Shown in pieces: positions 37,685 to 47,365 of a stretch of 64,000 bases of DNA. The notes under the pieces are model-generated. The model was not told the origin of the DNA. It made no database searches and saw nothing but the letters and a program-made list of their open reading frames with translations. Each line of letters begins with the position of its first letter. Within the stretch, counting starts at the first letter, position 1. The translations under genes and the position numbers were made by a program. This DNA comes from an uncultured Rhodothermales bacterium (GTDB lineage: Bacteria; Bacteroidota; Rhodothermia; Rhodothermales; VXPQ01): positions 11,911 through 75,910 of the forward strand of contig CAZSNF010000015.1 in assembly GCA_964608315.1 (NCBI GenBank), read 5' to 3'.

Positions 37685-38086
37685 TCAATAAAGATACGCA
37701 AGCACCTCGCCGCCAATGTGCGCCTTGCGGGCCTCCTTGTCGGTCATCACGCCGCGCGACGTGGACAGGATGGCGATCCCCAGTCCATTCATCACGCGCG
37801 GCAATTCACGGGCGCCCACGTACCGGCGCAAACCCGGCGTGGACACCCGCTTCATCATGCGAATGACCGGCTCGCCCTGCCCATCGTACTTGAGGCGGAC
37901 CCGAAGGAATCCCTGCTTGCCGTCGTCCACATCGAGGTAACTGCGGATGTAGCCTTTATCCAGCAATATCTGCGTGATGGCCCGCTTTTGTTTCGAGGCG
38001 GGTATATCCACGTATTTGCGACCGGCCCGCTGGCCGTTGCGAATGCGCGTCAGATAATCTGCAACCGGGTCTGTTATGCCGCTCAT
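37685..38086 (-). CDS. rpsH: 30S ribosomal protein S8.
   Basis: MSGITDPVADYLTRIRNGQRA...GGEVLAYLY. Confidence 0.95.
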   Translation of the reverse strand: MSGITDPVADYLTRIRNGQRAGRKYVDIPASKQKRAITQILLDKGYIRSYLDVDDGKQGFLRVRLKYDGQGEPVIRMMKRVSTPGLRRYVGARELPRVMNGLGIAILSTSRGVMTDKEARKAHIGGEVLAYLY

Positions 38087-38092
38087 ATTGTT

Positions 38093-38109
38093 TTAATCAG
38101 AGTATCCTT
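38093..38109. repeat. Solo terminal-repeat motif between rpsN and rpsH.
   Basis: TTAATCAGAGTATCCTT. On the gene strand it reads AAGGATACTCTGATTAAAACAAT followed by the rpsH ATG. Confidence 0.6.
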
Positions 38110-38111
38110 GT

Positions 38112-38381
38112 TTACCAGGACGCCTTGCGTACGCCAGGTATCTTGCCTCCCAGCGCCATCTCGCGAAAAGCGATGCGGGAAATTCCGAAATCGCGCATGT
38201 ACCCGCGCGCGCGGCCCGTAAGCGGGCAACGGTTGTGCAACCGCACGGGGCTGGCGTCCCGGGGAAGTTTTTGCAAACCGATCCAGTCGCCCTGCTCCTT
38301 TAGCTGACGACGTTTCTCGGCGTATTTCTCGACCATGCGCTGGCGCTTTCTTTCGCGCGCCATCCAACTTGTTTTCGCCAT
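38112..38381 (-). CDS. rpsN: 30S ribosomal protein S14.
   Basis: [24 protein letters not shown]...[21 protein letters not shown] (ATG verified at 38381). Confidence 0.93.
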   Translation of the reverse strand: MAKTSWMARERKRQRMVEKYAEKRRQLKEQGDWIGLQKLPRDASPVRLHNRCPLTGRARGYMRDFGISRIAFREMALGGKIPGVRKASW

Positions 38382-38437
38382 AGGGTTAACGATTTCCTGA
38401 TTTCTTGCAGTGGGGGCGCCTGCGGAAACGGTGAAGG

Positions 38438-39007
38438 TCAAGCGGCGGAGCGTTCTTCCCACCGCACAAAGGGCATGCCGAGCTCCTTCAGCAACGCATG
38501 GGCCGCTTCGTCCGTGGCCGCCGTCGTGACAAACGTTATATCCAGCCCGCTGATTCGGTCGATCTTGTCCACATCGATCTCCGGAAAGATGATCTGTTCC
38601 TGAATGCCCAGCGTGAAATTGCCCCGACCGTCGAAACTGCGATCCGATACGCCGCGAAAATCGCGTACGCGCGGGAGCGCCAGCGTAACGAGACGGTCGA
38701 CGAACTCGTACATGTGGTCCGCGCGCAGCGTAACGTAACAGCCGATAGCCATGCCCTGCCGCAGTTTAAAATTCGACACGCTCTTGCGCGCTCTCGCCAC
38801 CCTGGGCTGCCGACCCGTGATGCGCCGCAATTCGTCCATGGCGTTGTCCAGCGCTTTCTTGTCCGCAGAAGCATCCCCGACCCCCTTGTTCACCACAACC
38901 TTCTCAAGGCGAGGGACTTGCATAACGTTGCCGTATCCGAGCTGCTTCGTCAGCGCCGGAACGACCTGCGTACGATACCGCTCCTTCAATCTTGGCGTGT
39001 AAGTCAT
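38438..39007 (-). CDS. rplE: 50S ribosomal protein L5.
   Basis: Starts [19 protein letters not shown] (ATG verified at 39007), with [20 protein letters not shown]. Confidence 0.93.
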   Translation of the reverse strand: MTYTPRLKERYRTQVVPALTKQLGYGNVMQVPRLEKVVVNKGVGDASADKKALDNAMDELRRITGRQPRVARARKSVSNFKLRQGMAIGCYVTLRADHMYEFVDRLVTLALPRVRDFRGVSDRSFDGRGNFTLGIQEQIIFPEIDVDKIDRISGLDITFVTTAATDEAAHALLKELGMPFVRWEERSAA

Positions 39008-39078
39008 CTGTCCAGTCTCAATGAGCAAAGTGTGGCGAAACCATGGTCCGGCGCAGCGAAATCCGCCAGGCGCATGCC

Positions 39079-39432
39079 TTACGGAAGTTCTTCCCCCGTG
39101 GATTTTGCATATCGAACCCATTGCCCGCGGCCTGTTTCCGTATCCGTAATGCGCTTGCGCCCCACGCGCGTCGGCTCGCCGTCCGAGGCGATCGGCTGTA
39201 CGTTGGACACATGCACCGGAACTTCTTTCTCTGTGCGGCCTCCCTGCGGATTGGCGGCGCTCGGTTTTTCGTGATGAAAACGCAGGTTGACCCCTTCCAC
39301 GATCACGCGCTCCTTTTCCGGGAACGTCACCAGGATTTTCCCTTCGTATCCCCGGTAGTTGCCCGCAATCACGCGTACGCGATCCCCCTTCTTCACGTGC
39401 ATCTTCTTGTGTGCGTTGTATTTTCTCGGCAT
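39079..39432 (-). CDS. rplX: 50S ribosomal protein L24.
   Basis: [24 protein letters not shown] (KOW motif). ATG verified at 39432. Confidence 0.9.
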   Translation of the reverse strand: MPRKYNAHKKMHVKKGDRVRVIAGNYRGYEGKILVTFPEKERVIVEGVNLRFHHEKPSAANPQGGRTEKEVPVHVSNVQPIASDGEPTRVGRKRITDTETGRGQWVRYAKSTGEELP

Positions 39433-39437
39433 GGTCG

Positions 39438-39806
39438 TTAAAGCACCTCCGGGGCAAGAGAAACAATGCGCATAAACCGTTTTTCGCGCAATTCGCGGGC
39501 CACCGGCCCAAAAATACGGGTGCCGCGCGGCTCGTCCTGAGGATTCAGGAGCACCGCGGCGTTTTCGTCGAAGCGGATATACGAACCATCCTTGCGGCGC
39601 AGTTCCTTTTTCGTGCGAACGACCACCGCCGTCGAAACGTCTCCTTTCTTGACGGCGCTGCCCGGTATGGCGGATTTGACGGTCACGATAATCCGATCGC
39701 CGATGCGCGCATAACGCCGACCGCTTCCGCCCAGTACGCGGATACACAGCACCTCTTTGGCGCCGCTGTTATCCGCTACGGCAAGTCTCGACTCCTGCTG
39801 AATCAT
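39438..39806 (-). CDS. rplN: 50S ribosomal protein L14.
   Basis: [27 protein letters not shown]. Confidence 0.95.
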   Translation of the reverse strand: MIQQESRLAVADNSGAKEVLCIRVLGGSGRRYARIGDRIIVTVKSAIPGSAVKKGDVSTAVVVRTKKELRRKDGSYIRFDENAAVLLNPQDEPRGTRIFGPVARELREKRFMRIVSLAPEVL

Positions 39807-39826
39807 GGCTTCGCTAAGAATGTGGG

Positions 39827-40117
39827 CTACCGGGCCCGTTCAATGACTTCGGCAAGACGCCAGCGCTTGCGCTTGCTAAGCGGGCGCGTTTCCATAATGC
39901 GTACGGAATCTCCCCGGTTCGCATCGTTGCGCTCGTCGTGCGCCATCAACTTCGTCGTCTTCTTGATGAACTTGCCGTATATCGGATGCTTGATCTGCCG
40001 CTGCACCGCCACCAGGATCGTTTTGTCCATGCGGTCGCTGATAACCACGCCGATGCGCTCCTTGCGCGATGGGCGGCTTGCCTGCGGCGCCGCAGCCTCT
40101 GTTGTGTCTGTGCTCAT
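39827..40117 (-). CDS. rpsQ: 30S ribosomal protein S17.
   Basis: [31 protein letters not shown]. Confidence 0.93.
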   Translation of the reverse strand: MSTDTTEAAAPQASRPSRKERIGVVISDRMDKTILVAVQRQIKHPIYGKFIKKTTKLMAHDERNDANRGDSVRIMETRPLSKRKRWRLAEVIERAR

Positions 40118-40133
40118 CGTCTTTGCTTCCGGT

Positions 40134-40331
40134 TCAAACTTCGTTTTCCTGCTCGCGCAGGATGGTTTTCAGTCGCGCAACGAGGCGCCGCTTCCGACGA
40201 AGCAACGTGGGGTTCTCAATCTGCGCAATGGCGTGCTGAAAATGCAGCCGGCGCAATTGATCCTCTTCCTCGTCGATGCGTTTCCGGGCCTCTTCCTGGC
40301 CGAGTTCGCGAATTTCGCTGGGCTTCAACAT
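40134..40331 (-). CDS. rpmC: 50S ribosomal protein L29.
   Basis: 65 aa: [31 protein letters not shown]. Confidence 0.9.
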   Translation of the reverse strand: MLKPSEIRELGQEEARKRIDEEEDQLRRLHFQHAIAQIENPTLLRRKRRLVARLKTILREQENEV

Positions 40332-40356
40332 GGCGCATTCCTGATATAATTAATGG

Positions 40357-40797
40357 CTATCGTCCGGCAGATTCTGCGGGCTGGTAGTCCGGGCGAACGA
40401 CGAACTTCGTCTTGATCGGCAGCTTGTGCCGGGCAAGCCGAAGCGCCTCCCGAGCCAATTCTTCCGAAATGCCCCCGCCGATCTCAAAAAGGATACGACC
40501 CGGCTTTACGTTGGCGGCCCAGTATTCCGGAGATCCCTTGCCCTTTCCCATGCGGGTTTCCGCAGGTTTTTTCGTAATCGGCTTGTCCGGGAAAATGCGA
40601 ATCCACACCTTGCCGACACGCTTCATGCGGCGCGTCATGGCGACGCGGGCCGCCTCGATCTGCCGACTGGTGATCCGTCCCGGCTCCAGTGCCTTGATGC
40701 CGAAATCGCCAAAATTGACGCTGGCCCCTCGCTGCGCATTCCCCTTGATGCGTCCTTTCTGGTACTTTCGGTACTTTGTCCGCTTCGGCGTTAACAT
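40357..40797 (-). CDS. rplP: 50S ribosomal protein L16.
   Basis: [19 protein letters not shown]...[12 protein letters not shown]. Confidence 0.95.
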   Translation of the reverse strand: MLTPKRTKYRKYQKGRIKGNAQRGASVNFGDFGIKALEPGRITSRQIEAARVAMTRRMKRVGKVWIRIFPDKPITKKPAETRMGKGKGSPEYWAANVKPGRILFEIGGGISEELAREALRLARHKLPIKTKFVVRPDYQPAESAGR

Positions 40798-40851
40798 GGC
40801 TATGCGTTATTTCGAATCTCTGAATGACAGAACGAGGGCGAAAACAGCAGG

Positions 40852-41595
40852 TCAGGAGGACGAATCGCCGTCGCGTCCCCGGCGCCCGCGACGCTTGCGC
40901 GCCGGCGGCTGAAACTGCTGCTGCATCTGCTGCCGCTGCGCCTGGATATTCGGACTCAGGTCGGGCTGCCCGAGGATTTCGCCCCGATATATCCATACTT
41001 TCACGCCGATAGAGCCGTAAATGGTGTGGGACGTAGCCTGGGCGAAGTCGATGTCGGCGCGGATCGTGTGCAGCGGAACGCGCCCTTCGAGATACTGCTC
41101 GGTACGGCCCATCTCCGCGCCGCCCAAACGCCCCGAAACGCGAATGCGAATCCCTTCCGCGCCCATGCGCATGGCCGAAGTAACCGCCTGCTTCATGGCC
41201 CGCCGAAACGAAATACGCCCCTCCAGCTGCTGAGCCACGTTCTGGGCAACCAGTTCGGCGTCCAGTTCGGGCCGCTTGATTTCGTTGATGTTTATCCGAA
41301 TGTCCTCCTTGTTCGTCAGTTTCCTGATTTCCTCGCGGAGTTTCTCCACCTCGCTGCCGCTGCGACCGATGACCACGCCGGGACGGCTCGTATGCAGCGT
41401 CAGCACGACGCTCTTCAGCGTACGTTCGATGACGCAACGGCTTAGTCCCGCGCGACGCAGGCGCGTCGCAAGATACCGGCGAATTTCTTCGTCCTCAACA
41501 AGTTTTACCGGCAAATCCCGCGTGGCGTACCAGTTGGAATCCCAACCTCGAATGATGCCTAACCGAAATCCGACCGGATGTGTTTTCTGACCCAA
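40852..41595 (-). CDS. rpsC: 30S ribosomal protein S3.
   Basis: MGQKTHPVGFRLGIIRGWDSNWYA, with a basic/Q-rich C-terminal tail. Confidence 0.95.
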   Translation of the reverse strand: MGQKTHPVGFRLGIIRGWDSNWYATRDLPVKLVEDEEIRRYLATRLRRAGLSRCVIERTLKSVVLTLHTSRPGVVIGRSGSEVEKLREEIRKLTNKEDIRININEIKRPELDAELVAQNVAQQLEGRISFRRAMKQAVTSAMRMGAEGIRIRVSGRLGGAEMGRTEQYLEGRVPLHTIRADIDFAQATSHTIYGSIGVKVWIYRGEILGQPDLSPNIQAQRQQMQQQFQPPARKRRGRRGRDGDSSS

Positions 41596-41643
41596 TGCCT
41601 TTCTCTTTTTAGCGTGTCCTTGTGCTGAGGTTATGCGATGCGC

Positions 41644-42021
41644 TTATGCGTCGTCTTCTGGCTCTTCCGTTTCGATCTCGCCCGTAGTCGCCACAACCAC
41701 GGTCAGGTGGCACGAACGTTTGAGTATGGGGTGGGCGCGCCCGCGAGACACTGGACGAAAACGTTTCATGCGCACCCCTTCGTCCGCCCGTATCTCCTTG
41801 ACCACCAGGTCGCTTTCTTCAAACCGGTCGTCCGGATTTCTGTCCATCAGATTGTACACGGCGGACTGAATCGTCAATTCGACCGGTCGGGTCGCCCTTT
41901 GCGGCTGATAATGCAAAATGCTGAGCGCATCCGCAACCGTCTTGCCGCGAACAAGGTTGATCACCGTACGCATCTTGCGAGGCGAACTGCGAATATGCTT
42001 TCTGATGGCGCGTGCTTCCAT
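41644..42021 (-). CDS. rplV: 50S ribosomal protein L22.
   Basis: MEARAIRKHIRSSPRKMRTVINLVRGK. Alternative upstream ATG at 42048. Confidence 0.92.
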   Translation of the reverse strand: MEARAIRKHIRSSPRKMRTVINLVRGKTVADALSILHYQPQRATRPVELTIQSAVYNLMDRNPDDRFEESDLVVKEIRADEGVRMKRFRPVSRGRAHPILKRSCHLTVVVATTGEIETEEPEDDA

Positions 42022-42079
42022 AAGTCGTCGTGCGTCCCGATAAACCATGCGGCGGCAGGCGAGAGCGCGGCTTGCGTGG

Positions 42080-42361
42080 TTATCGTTTGCGCTTGTCTAC
42101 GTTCTTCCCGGCGTGTCCGCGAAAAGATCGCGTGGGCGAAAATTCGCCCAACTTGTGGCCAACCATGTTTTCCGTCACATAGACCGGAATAAATTGCTTC
42201 CCGTTGTGCACGGCAAAGGTATGCCCAACGAATTCCGGGGTAATCATGGAATCCCTGCTCCAGGTCTTGATCACCTTTTTGGAATTACTCTTGTTCAGGG
42301 CGTCCACCTTGCGTTGCAACTTGAAGTGAACGTAAGGCCCTTTGCGTAGCGAACGTGCCAT
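42080..42361 (-). CDS. rpsS: 30S ribosomal protein S19.
   Basis: [15 protein letters not shown]...[23 protein letters not shown] (ATG verified at 42361). Confidence 0.95.
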   Translation of the reverse strand: MARSLRKGPYVHFKLQRKVDALNKSNSKKVIKTWSRDSMITPEFVGHTFAVHNGKQFIPVYVTENMVGHKLGEFSPTRSFRGHAGKNVDKRKR

Positions 42362-42410
42362 GTTTTCGTAATCTGCTCTCCGAAAGCGACCGGGCGCGAA
42401 ACAGCGCCTG

Positions 42411-43232
42411 TCAGCCTCGCCGCCGGACGATGTACTTGTCGGATTGTTTGTTTTTCTTGCGCGTCTTGTATCCCTTGGCGGGAACGCCATGCGGAGAACG
42501 CGGCAGGCCCCCGGACGCTTTGCCTTCCCCGCCGCCCATCGGGTGGTCGATAGGGTTCATCGCCACGCCGCGCGTCTTGGGGCGGACGCCAAGCCACCGG
42601 TTGCGGCCTGCTTTCCCGATATCGATGTTCATGTGATCCAGGTTGCTCGCCACGCCAATGGTGGCCATGCACGCCACAGGAACAAGGCGCGTCTCCCCCG
42701 AAGGCAGTTTGAGCGTGGCGTACTTCCCTTCGCGGGCCATGAGCTGTGCGCTGGCCCCCGCCGAACGAGCCAGCTGCGCTCCTTTTCCGGGGCGCATCTC
42801 GATCGCATGGACTTGCGTGCCGAGGGGAATGCTGGACAACGGAAGGCAATTGCCCGGTTCGGGCGGAGCGTCCGGCCCGTTCCGAAGCGTCATGCCCACT
42901 TTCACCCCGTCGGGGGCGATAATATAGCGCTTTTCGCCGTCGGCATAGGCCAGCAACGCGATGCGGGCCGAACGATTGGGGTCGTATTCGATCGTAGCCA
43001 CCTGCGCCGGAATGCCCTGCTTGTTGCGCTTGAAATCAATGATGCGATACCGGCGCTTGTGGCCTCCGCCCTGGTGACGCGTGGTAATCCGCCCCGTGTT
43101 ATTGCGTCCGGCCTTGTGCTTCAACGGAGCCAGCAACTTTTTCTCGGGCTTCGACGACGTAATGTCGTCGAACGCATCGAGCGTATATTGCCGTCTGGCG
43201 TTGGAGGTCGGTTTTACTTTCCTGATGGCCAT
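42411..43232 (-). CDS. rplB: 50S ribosomal protein L2.
   Basis: Starts [14 protein letters not shown] (ATG verified at 43232), with GGGHKRRYR and HPMGGGEG. Confidence 0.95.
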   Translation of the reverse strand: MAIRKVKPTSNARRQYTLDAFDDITSSKPEKKLLAPLKHKAGRNNTGRITTRHQGGGHKRRYRIIDFKRNKQGIPAQVATIEYDPNRSARIALLAYADGEKRYIIAPDGVKVGMTLRNGPDAPPEPGNCLPLSSIPLGTQVHAIEMRPGKGAQLARSAGASAQLMAREGKYATLKLPSGETRLVPVACMATIGVASNLDHMNIDIGKAGRNRWLGVRPKTRGVAMNPIDHPMGGGEGKASGGLPRSPHGVPAKGYKTRKKNKQSDKYIVRRRG

Positions 43233-43280
43233 GGTTATCCGCGATCCTGCAAGGGGCAGGCCCCTGCTTCGCAATGCGTA

Positions 43281-43541
43281 TTAAGGATACTCTGATCAAG
43301 TCCGCAAAGATCAGAGGCTGCCAGGCGCGCTCTGGCAAGGAATGACGAAGCAATGTGGCAGGTCCCGCATAATGAGAAATGACACAGCCAGAGCGCCTCT
43401 CGCAGCCTCCCGAAGGGCGCGTCACGTCCGCAACGACAGAAACCCGCGGTGTTTTCTGCTGATTTCAACGATGTAATCATGATGTCCTTACGGGCAAATG
43501 TGACGCGCTGGGCGAAGCGGTTTTGATCAGAGTATCCTTAA
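43281..43541 (-). mobile_element. Full-length but diverged MITE-like element (253 bp + TTAA duplications) inserted between rplW and rplB.
   Basis: GGATACTCTGATCAAGTCC (43285-) and GGTTTTGATCAGAGTATCC (-43537) are inverted ends. TTAA lies at 43281-43284 and 43538-43541. The internal sequence aligns along its whole length to 59172-59425. Confidence 0.8.
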
Positions 43542-43837
43542 ACCTGTTCGAAAAAGTCGATCGGCTCGGAATCCGGGTGCAACGTGATAATCGCCCGCTT
43601 GCGCCGCGCAGTGTGTCCCTCCACGACGCCCCGCCGGGTGCGCTGATTGCGTTGCTTGCCCCGAACGATACAGGTGCGAACCTTCTTGATCGAAACGGAA
43701 GGATAACGTTCCTGCACGGCTTTTTTGATCTCGACCTTGTTGGCGTCCAGCCGCACCTCGAAGGCATAATGGTTCTCTTCCATAAGCCTTGTCAGCTTCT
43801 CGGTAACCAGCGGCTGAATGAGTATGTCGTTACGCAT
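43538..43837 (-). CDS. rplW: 50S ribosomal protein L23.
   Basis: ILIQPLVTEKLTRLMEENHYAFEV...KVEIKKAV. Stop codon TAA (43540-43538) lies inside the TTAA flank of the element. Confidence 0.93.
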   Translation of the reverse strand: MRNDILIQPLVTEKLTRLMEENHYAFEVRLDANKVEIKKAVQERYPSVSIKKVRTCIVRGKQRNQRTRRGVVEGHTARRKRAIITLHPDSEPIDFFEQV

Positions 43838-43857
43838 GGCGATTTTGCCTGTATTCG

Positions 43858-44520
43858 TTACGATGCCGCGGCCCGGGCTGTTGCGTTTTCGCTGGATCCC
43901 AGCAAACGGGTGAGCAGCGTCAGGGCGCCTTTCTCAAAGACAACCACATCGGCGTCGAGAATGTCGAGCGTGGAAACATGCTGCGCTTCCTTGACCCGGA
44001 TGCGCGGAAGGTTGCTGCTTGAACGATATACTTCCGGGCTATGCGCTTCCGTAAGCACAAGCACCTTGTCGCCGGAAAAACCCATGGCCTCCACCAGATC
44101 CGCAAGTTTGCGGGAACTGGGCTCGTCGTACTGCAAATCGCCTACGACGCACACGGCATTGCGCTGCGCCTTGTAGCTGAGCGCAGACCGGCGGGCGAGA
44201 CGGCTTGCCTTCGCATTCATCTTGAAGCGGTACTGCCGGGGACGCGGCCCGAAAAACGTGCCGCCGCTCCGACGAAGCGGAGACGTACGGGCGCCCGCGC
44301 GCGCATAGCCCGTGCCTTTCTGGCGATACAGTTTCCGGGTGCTTCCCCGGACCTCGCTGCGCTCCTTCGTTTTATGCGTTCCCTGCCGCGCGCGAGCCTG
44401 TATTCTCCGCACGTCCAGCCAGATCACATGGTCGTTGGGCTCGATGGCGAACACCGAGGGGTCCAGCGACGCCTTGCGCTTCGCGGCGCTCCCGTCAGAA
44501 CCGAAAACCCTAACTTTCAT
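43858..44520 (-). CDS. rplD: 50S ribosomal protein L4.
   Basis: RQGTHKTKERSEVRGSTRKLYRQKGTGYAR. Confidence 0.93.
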   Translation of the reverse strand: MKVRVFGSDGSAAKRKASLDPSVFAIEPNDHVIWLDVRRIQARARQGTHKTKERSEVRGSTRKLYRQKGTGYARAGARTSPLRRSGGTFFGPRPRQYRFKMNAKASRLARRSALSYKAQRNAVCVVGDLQYDEPSSRKLADLVEAMGFSGDKVLVLTEAHSPEVYRSSSNLPRIRVKEAQHVSTLDILDADVVVFEKGALTLLTRLLGSSENATARAAAS

Positions 44521-44583
44521 AAAGCATCCGAACGCGTTCGAACCTGTGCGTTTCCGAGGGGCGCGCAGGCTGCAACAGAACCA

Positions 44584-45219
44584 TTATTTCTTTTTGTGGA
44601 TGGTGACGACGCCTCCTTTCGGACCGGGCACCGCGCCCTTCAGCAAAAGCGCATGCCGTTCGCCCAGCACCCGAACCACTTGCAGATTCTGCACGGTCGT
44701 GCGCGCATTGCCCATGCGCCCCGCCATCTTCATGCCGGGAAATACGCGGGAAGGATCGGAGGACGCGCCGATAGAGCCGGGCGCGCGCTCCCGATTGTGC
44801 TGGCCGTGCGTACGCGAACCCACGCCCCGGAATCCGTGCCGCCGCACCACGCCCTGAAAGCCTTTCCCCTTGGAAATACCGACGACGTCCACGATATCCC
44901 CTTCCTCGAACACATCGCTCACGACGATCTCGTCCCCGGGCGACAACTCCCGCCCCGCAAAATCGCGACGGAATTCGACCGACTTTTTCTTCGGCGAGGT
45001 TCCCGCCCGCTCGTAATGGCCCTTTCGGGCTCGCGTAGTCCGGGAGGGTTTGCACTCGAAGGCCGCAAGCTGCACGGCGTCGTAGCCGTCCGGTCCGTCG
45101 GCAGACTTCACCTGGGTTACGACATTCGGCGTCACTTCGACCAGCGTACAGGGAATGTTATTCCCCAACTCGTCGAACACATTGGTCATGCCCATTTTTT
45201 TGCCGATCAGCGCACCCAT
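44584..45219 (-). CDS. rplC: 50S ribosomal protein L3.
   Basis: MGALIGKKMGMTNVFDELGN...KGKGFQGVVRRHGF. Confidence 0.95.
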   Translation of the reverse strand: MGALIGKKMGMTNVFDELGNNIPCTLVEVTPNVVTQVKSADGPDGYDAVQLAAFECKPSRTTRARKGHYERAGTSPKKKSVEFRRDFAGRELSPGDEIVVSDVFEEGDIVDVVGISKGKGFQGVVRRHGFRGVGSRTHGQHNRERAPGSIGASSDPSRVFPGMKMAGRMGNARTTVQNLQVVRVLGERHALLLKGAVPGPKGGVVTIHKKK

Positions 45220-45223
45220 CGTA

Positions 45224-45706
45224 TTACTGCTTTTGAATAGTCACCATGACCGTGCCCTCGTAGGGCGTGGTCGGCTCGAAAACCGGATTGACGAGCGCCG
45301 CAGACGTCGTAAGGCGCGCCCGCGAATCGTTTTCGAACGCATACGTGAACGGAAGGCTGGCGCCGCTGACGATCGTCAGTGTAAGACTCCGCGGCCCGTC
45401 GTCCACTGCATACGTTCCGGGAAGCAGCAAATCTTCCCGTTCCGAAGCCTCCGTGTAATCCACCGTAAGCGAAAAAGCAGGGTCTTCGTCGCCCGCCTGA
45501 AATACGACAGTCATGCTGGTCACAAGCTCCGCAAAGGCCGCCGATTGATCGCCATTGCTATCGGTGATGGCGATGGCCGTCCAGGTCCCGACGAACCGCT
45601 CCGCGTCGGTGGGGCCTTCGTCGTTCGAATCGCACCCGACCGCCAGCAACGCCGGCGCGACCAGCAAGCTTGTTATGGAGAAGTATCTGCGCATCAACGC
45701 ACGCAT
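45224..45706 (-). CDS. Small lipoprotein (lipocalin-like?) encoded between rpsJ and rplC.
   Basis: MRALMRRYFSITSLLVAPALLAVGC has a lipobox and is followed by a 135-aa beta-rich sequence with FVGTWTA. ATG verified at 45706. In the track it is hidden inside the composite ORF 45224..46366. Confidence 0.7.
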   Translation of the reverse strand: MRALMRRYFSITSLLVAPALLAVGCDSNDEGPTDAERFVGTWTAIAITDSNGDQSAAFAELVTSMTVVFQAGDEDPAFSLTVDYTEASEREDLLLPGTYAVDDGPRSLTLTIVSGASLPFTYAFENDSRARLTTSAALVNPVFEPTTPYEGTVMVTIQKQ

Positions 45707-45723
45707 GGCGGTTTCAGGCAAAA

Positions 45724-46035
45724 TTACACTTTGATTTCCACATCGACGCCGCTCGGAAGCTCCAGCTTCATAAGCGCATCCACGGTTTTGCTGCTCGTGG
45801 ACAGGATATCGATCAGGCGCTCGTGACTTCGCGTTTCGAATTGCTCCCGGCTTTTCTTGTCCACGTGCGGACTGCGCAGCACCGTATACACTGACCGTTT
45901 CACGGGAAGCGGAATCGGACCGCTTACCACCGCGCCGGTGGACTTCACCGTACGGAGTATCTTGCTTGCGCTCTTGTCGATCAGCCGATGATCGTACGAC
46001 CTGAGCTTGATGCGAATTTTCTGATTCAGCGCCAT
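45724..46035 (-). CDS. rpsJ: 30S ribosomal protein S10.
   Basis: [22 protein letters not shown]. Confidence 0.95.
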   Translation of the reverse strand: MALNQKIRIKLRSYDHRLIDKSASKILRTVKSTGAVVSGPIPLPVKRSVYTVLRSPHVDKKSREQFETRSHERLIDILSTSSKTVDALMKLELPSGVDVEIKV

Positions 46036-46098
46036 GATCCTTGCCAGTCGTTCTCGCCGCGCCGAAGCGCGACAGGAATATCCCGATCTCGTTGCCTC

Positions 46099-47295
46099 CT
46101 AATCCAGTATCTTCGTCACCACGCCGGCGCCCACCGTACGGCCGCCCTCGCGAATCGCGAAGCGCAAGCCTTCCTCCATCGCCACCGGCTGAATCAGCTT
46201 CACTTCGAACTGCGTATTGTCGCCGGGCATCACCATTTCCACGCCGCCGGGCAATTCGATATCTCCCGTCACGTCGGTGGTGCGGAAGTAGAACTGCGGA
46301 CGGTAGCCCTTGAAGAACGGCGTGTGACGCCCTCCTTCCTCCTTGGACAACACGTACACCTCGCATTCGAAATGACGGTGGGGCTTAATGGAGCCCGGCT
46401 TGCAGATCACCATGCCGCGCTCAATCTCCTCCTTGCCGACGCCGCGAAGCAACAAGCCCACGTTATCCCCCGCCTGACCGGAATCAAGCAGTTTTCTGAA
46501 CATCTCCACGCCCGTCACCGTGGAGGTGATTTTCTCTTCCTGCATGCCGAGAATCTCCACCGGGTTGCCCACATTGATGACCCCCCGCTCGATCCGCCCC
46601 GTGGCGACCGTGCCGCGGCCCGTAATTGAAAAAATGTCCTCTACCGGCATCAGGAACGGCTTGTCCATCTCGCGGGCGGGCGTCGGAATGTAGGAATCCA
46701 CGGCGGTCATCAACTCCATGACCTTGTCCTCCCATTCCGTTTCGCCATTCAGGGCGCCGAGGGCGGAACCGGCGATAACCGGCGTATCGTCGCCGGGAAA
46801 TTCGTACGTATCGAGGAGTTCGCGCACTTCGATATCCACGAGTTCCAGTAGCTCCTCGTCGTCGACCAGGTCCACCTTGTTCAAAAACACCACGATGTAG
46901 GGAACGCCCACCTGACGGGCAAGCAGGATGTGCTCCCGGGTCTGCGGCATGGGACCGTCGGTGGCCGCCACAACGAGGATCGCGCCATCCATCTGGGCCG
47001 CGCCCGTCACCATGTTCTTGACGTAGTCGGCGTGCCCCGGGCAGTCCACATGGGCGTAATGGCGCGCATCCGTGGCGTATTCCACGTGCGCCGTAGCGAT
47101 CGTAATGCCCCGTTCGCGCTCTTCGGGGGCATTGTCGATGGAGTCGAACGAACGGATGGCGTTCGCCGGATCTTCCACGCGACGATTCAGGACCAGCGTA
47201 ATCGCTGCCGTCAACGTAGTCTTTCCGTGATCCACGTGTCCGATCGTGCCTATGTTCACGTGAGGCTTGCTGCGCTCAAAAGTTTCCTTTGCCAT
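46099..47295 (-). CDS. tuf: Elongation factor Tu.
   Basis: [32 protein letters not shown]; 398 aa. Confidence 0.97.
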   Translation of the reverse strand: MAKETFERSKPHVNIGTIGHVDHGKTTLTAAITLVLNRRVEDPANAIRSFDSIDNAPEERERGITIATAHVEYATDARHYAHVDCPGHADYVKNMVTGAAQMDGAILVVAATDGPMPQTREHILLARQVGVPYIVVFLNKVDLVDDEELLELVDIEVRELLDTYEFPGDDTPVIAGSALGALNGETEWEDKVMELMTAVDSYIPTPAREMDKPFLMPVEDIFSITGRGTVATGRIERGVINVGNPVEILGMQEEKITSTVTGVEMFRKLLDSGQAGDNVGLLLRGVGKEEIERGMVICKPGSIKPHRHFECEVYVLSKEEGGRHTPFFKGYRPQFYFRTTDVTGDIELPGGVEMVMPGDNTQFEVKLIQPVAMEEGLRFAIREGGRTVGAGVVTKILD

Positions 47296-47365
47296 GGCTG
47301 AATGCTCTGTTGGGCGATAAGGTGTTCGGAAAAATGGTTTTCAGTGAAGGTTGCCTGACCGGCGG

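Noticed and set aside
46099-47295. Placement of tuf between fusA and rpsJ as a possible rearrangement.
   Set aside because: rpsL-rpsG-fusA-tuf followed by the S10 operon is a common ancestral arrangement in many bacteria, so it is not unusual.
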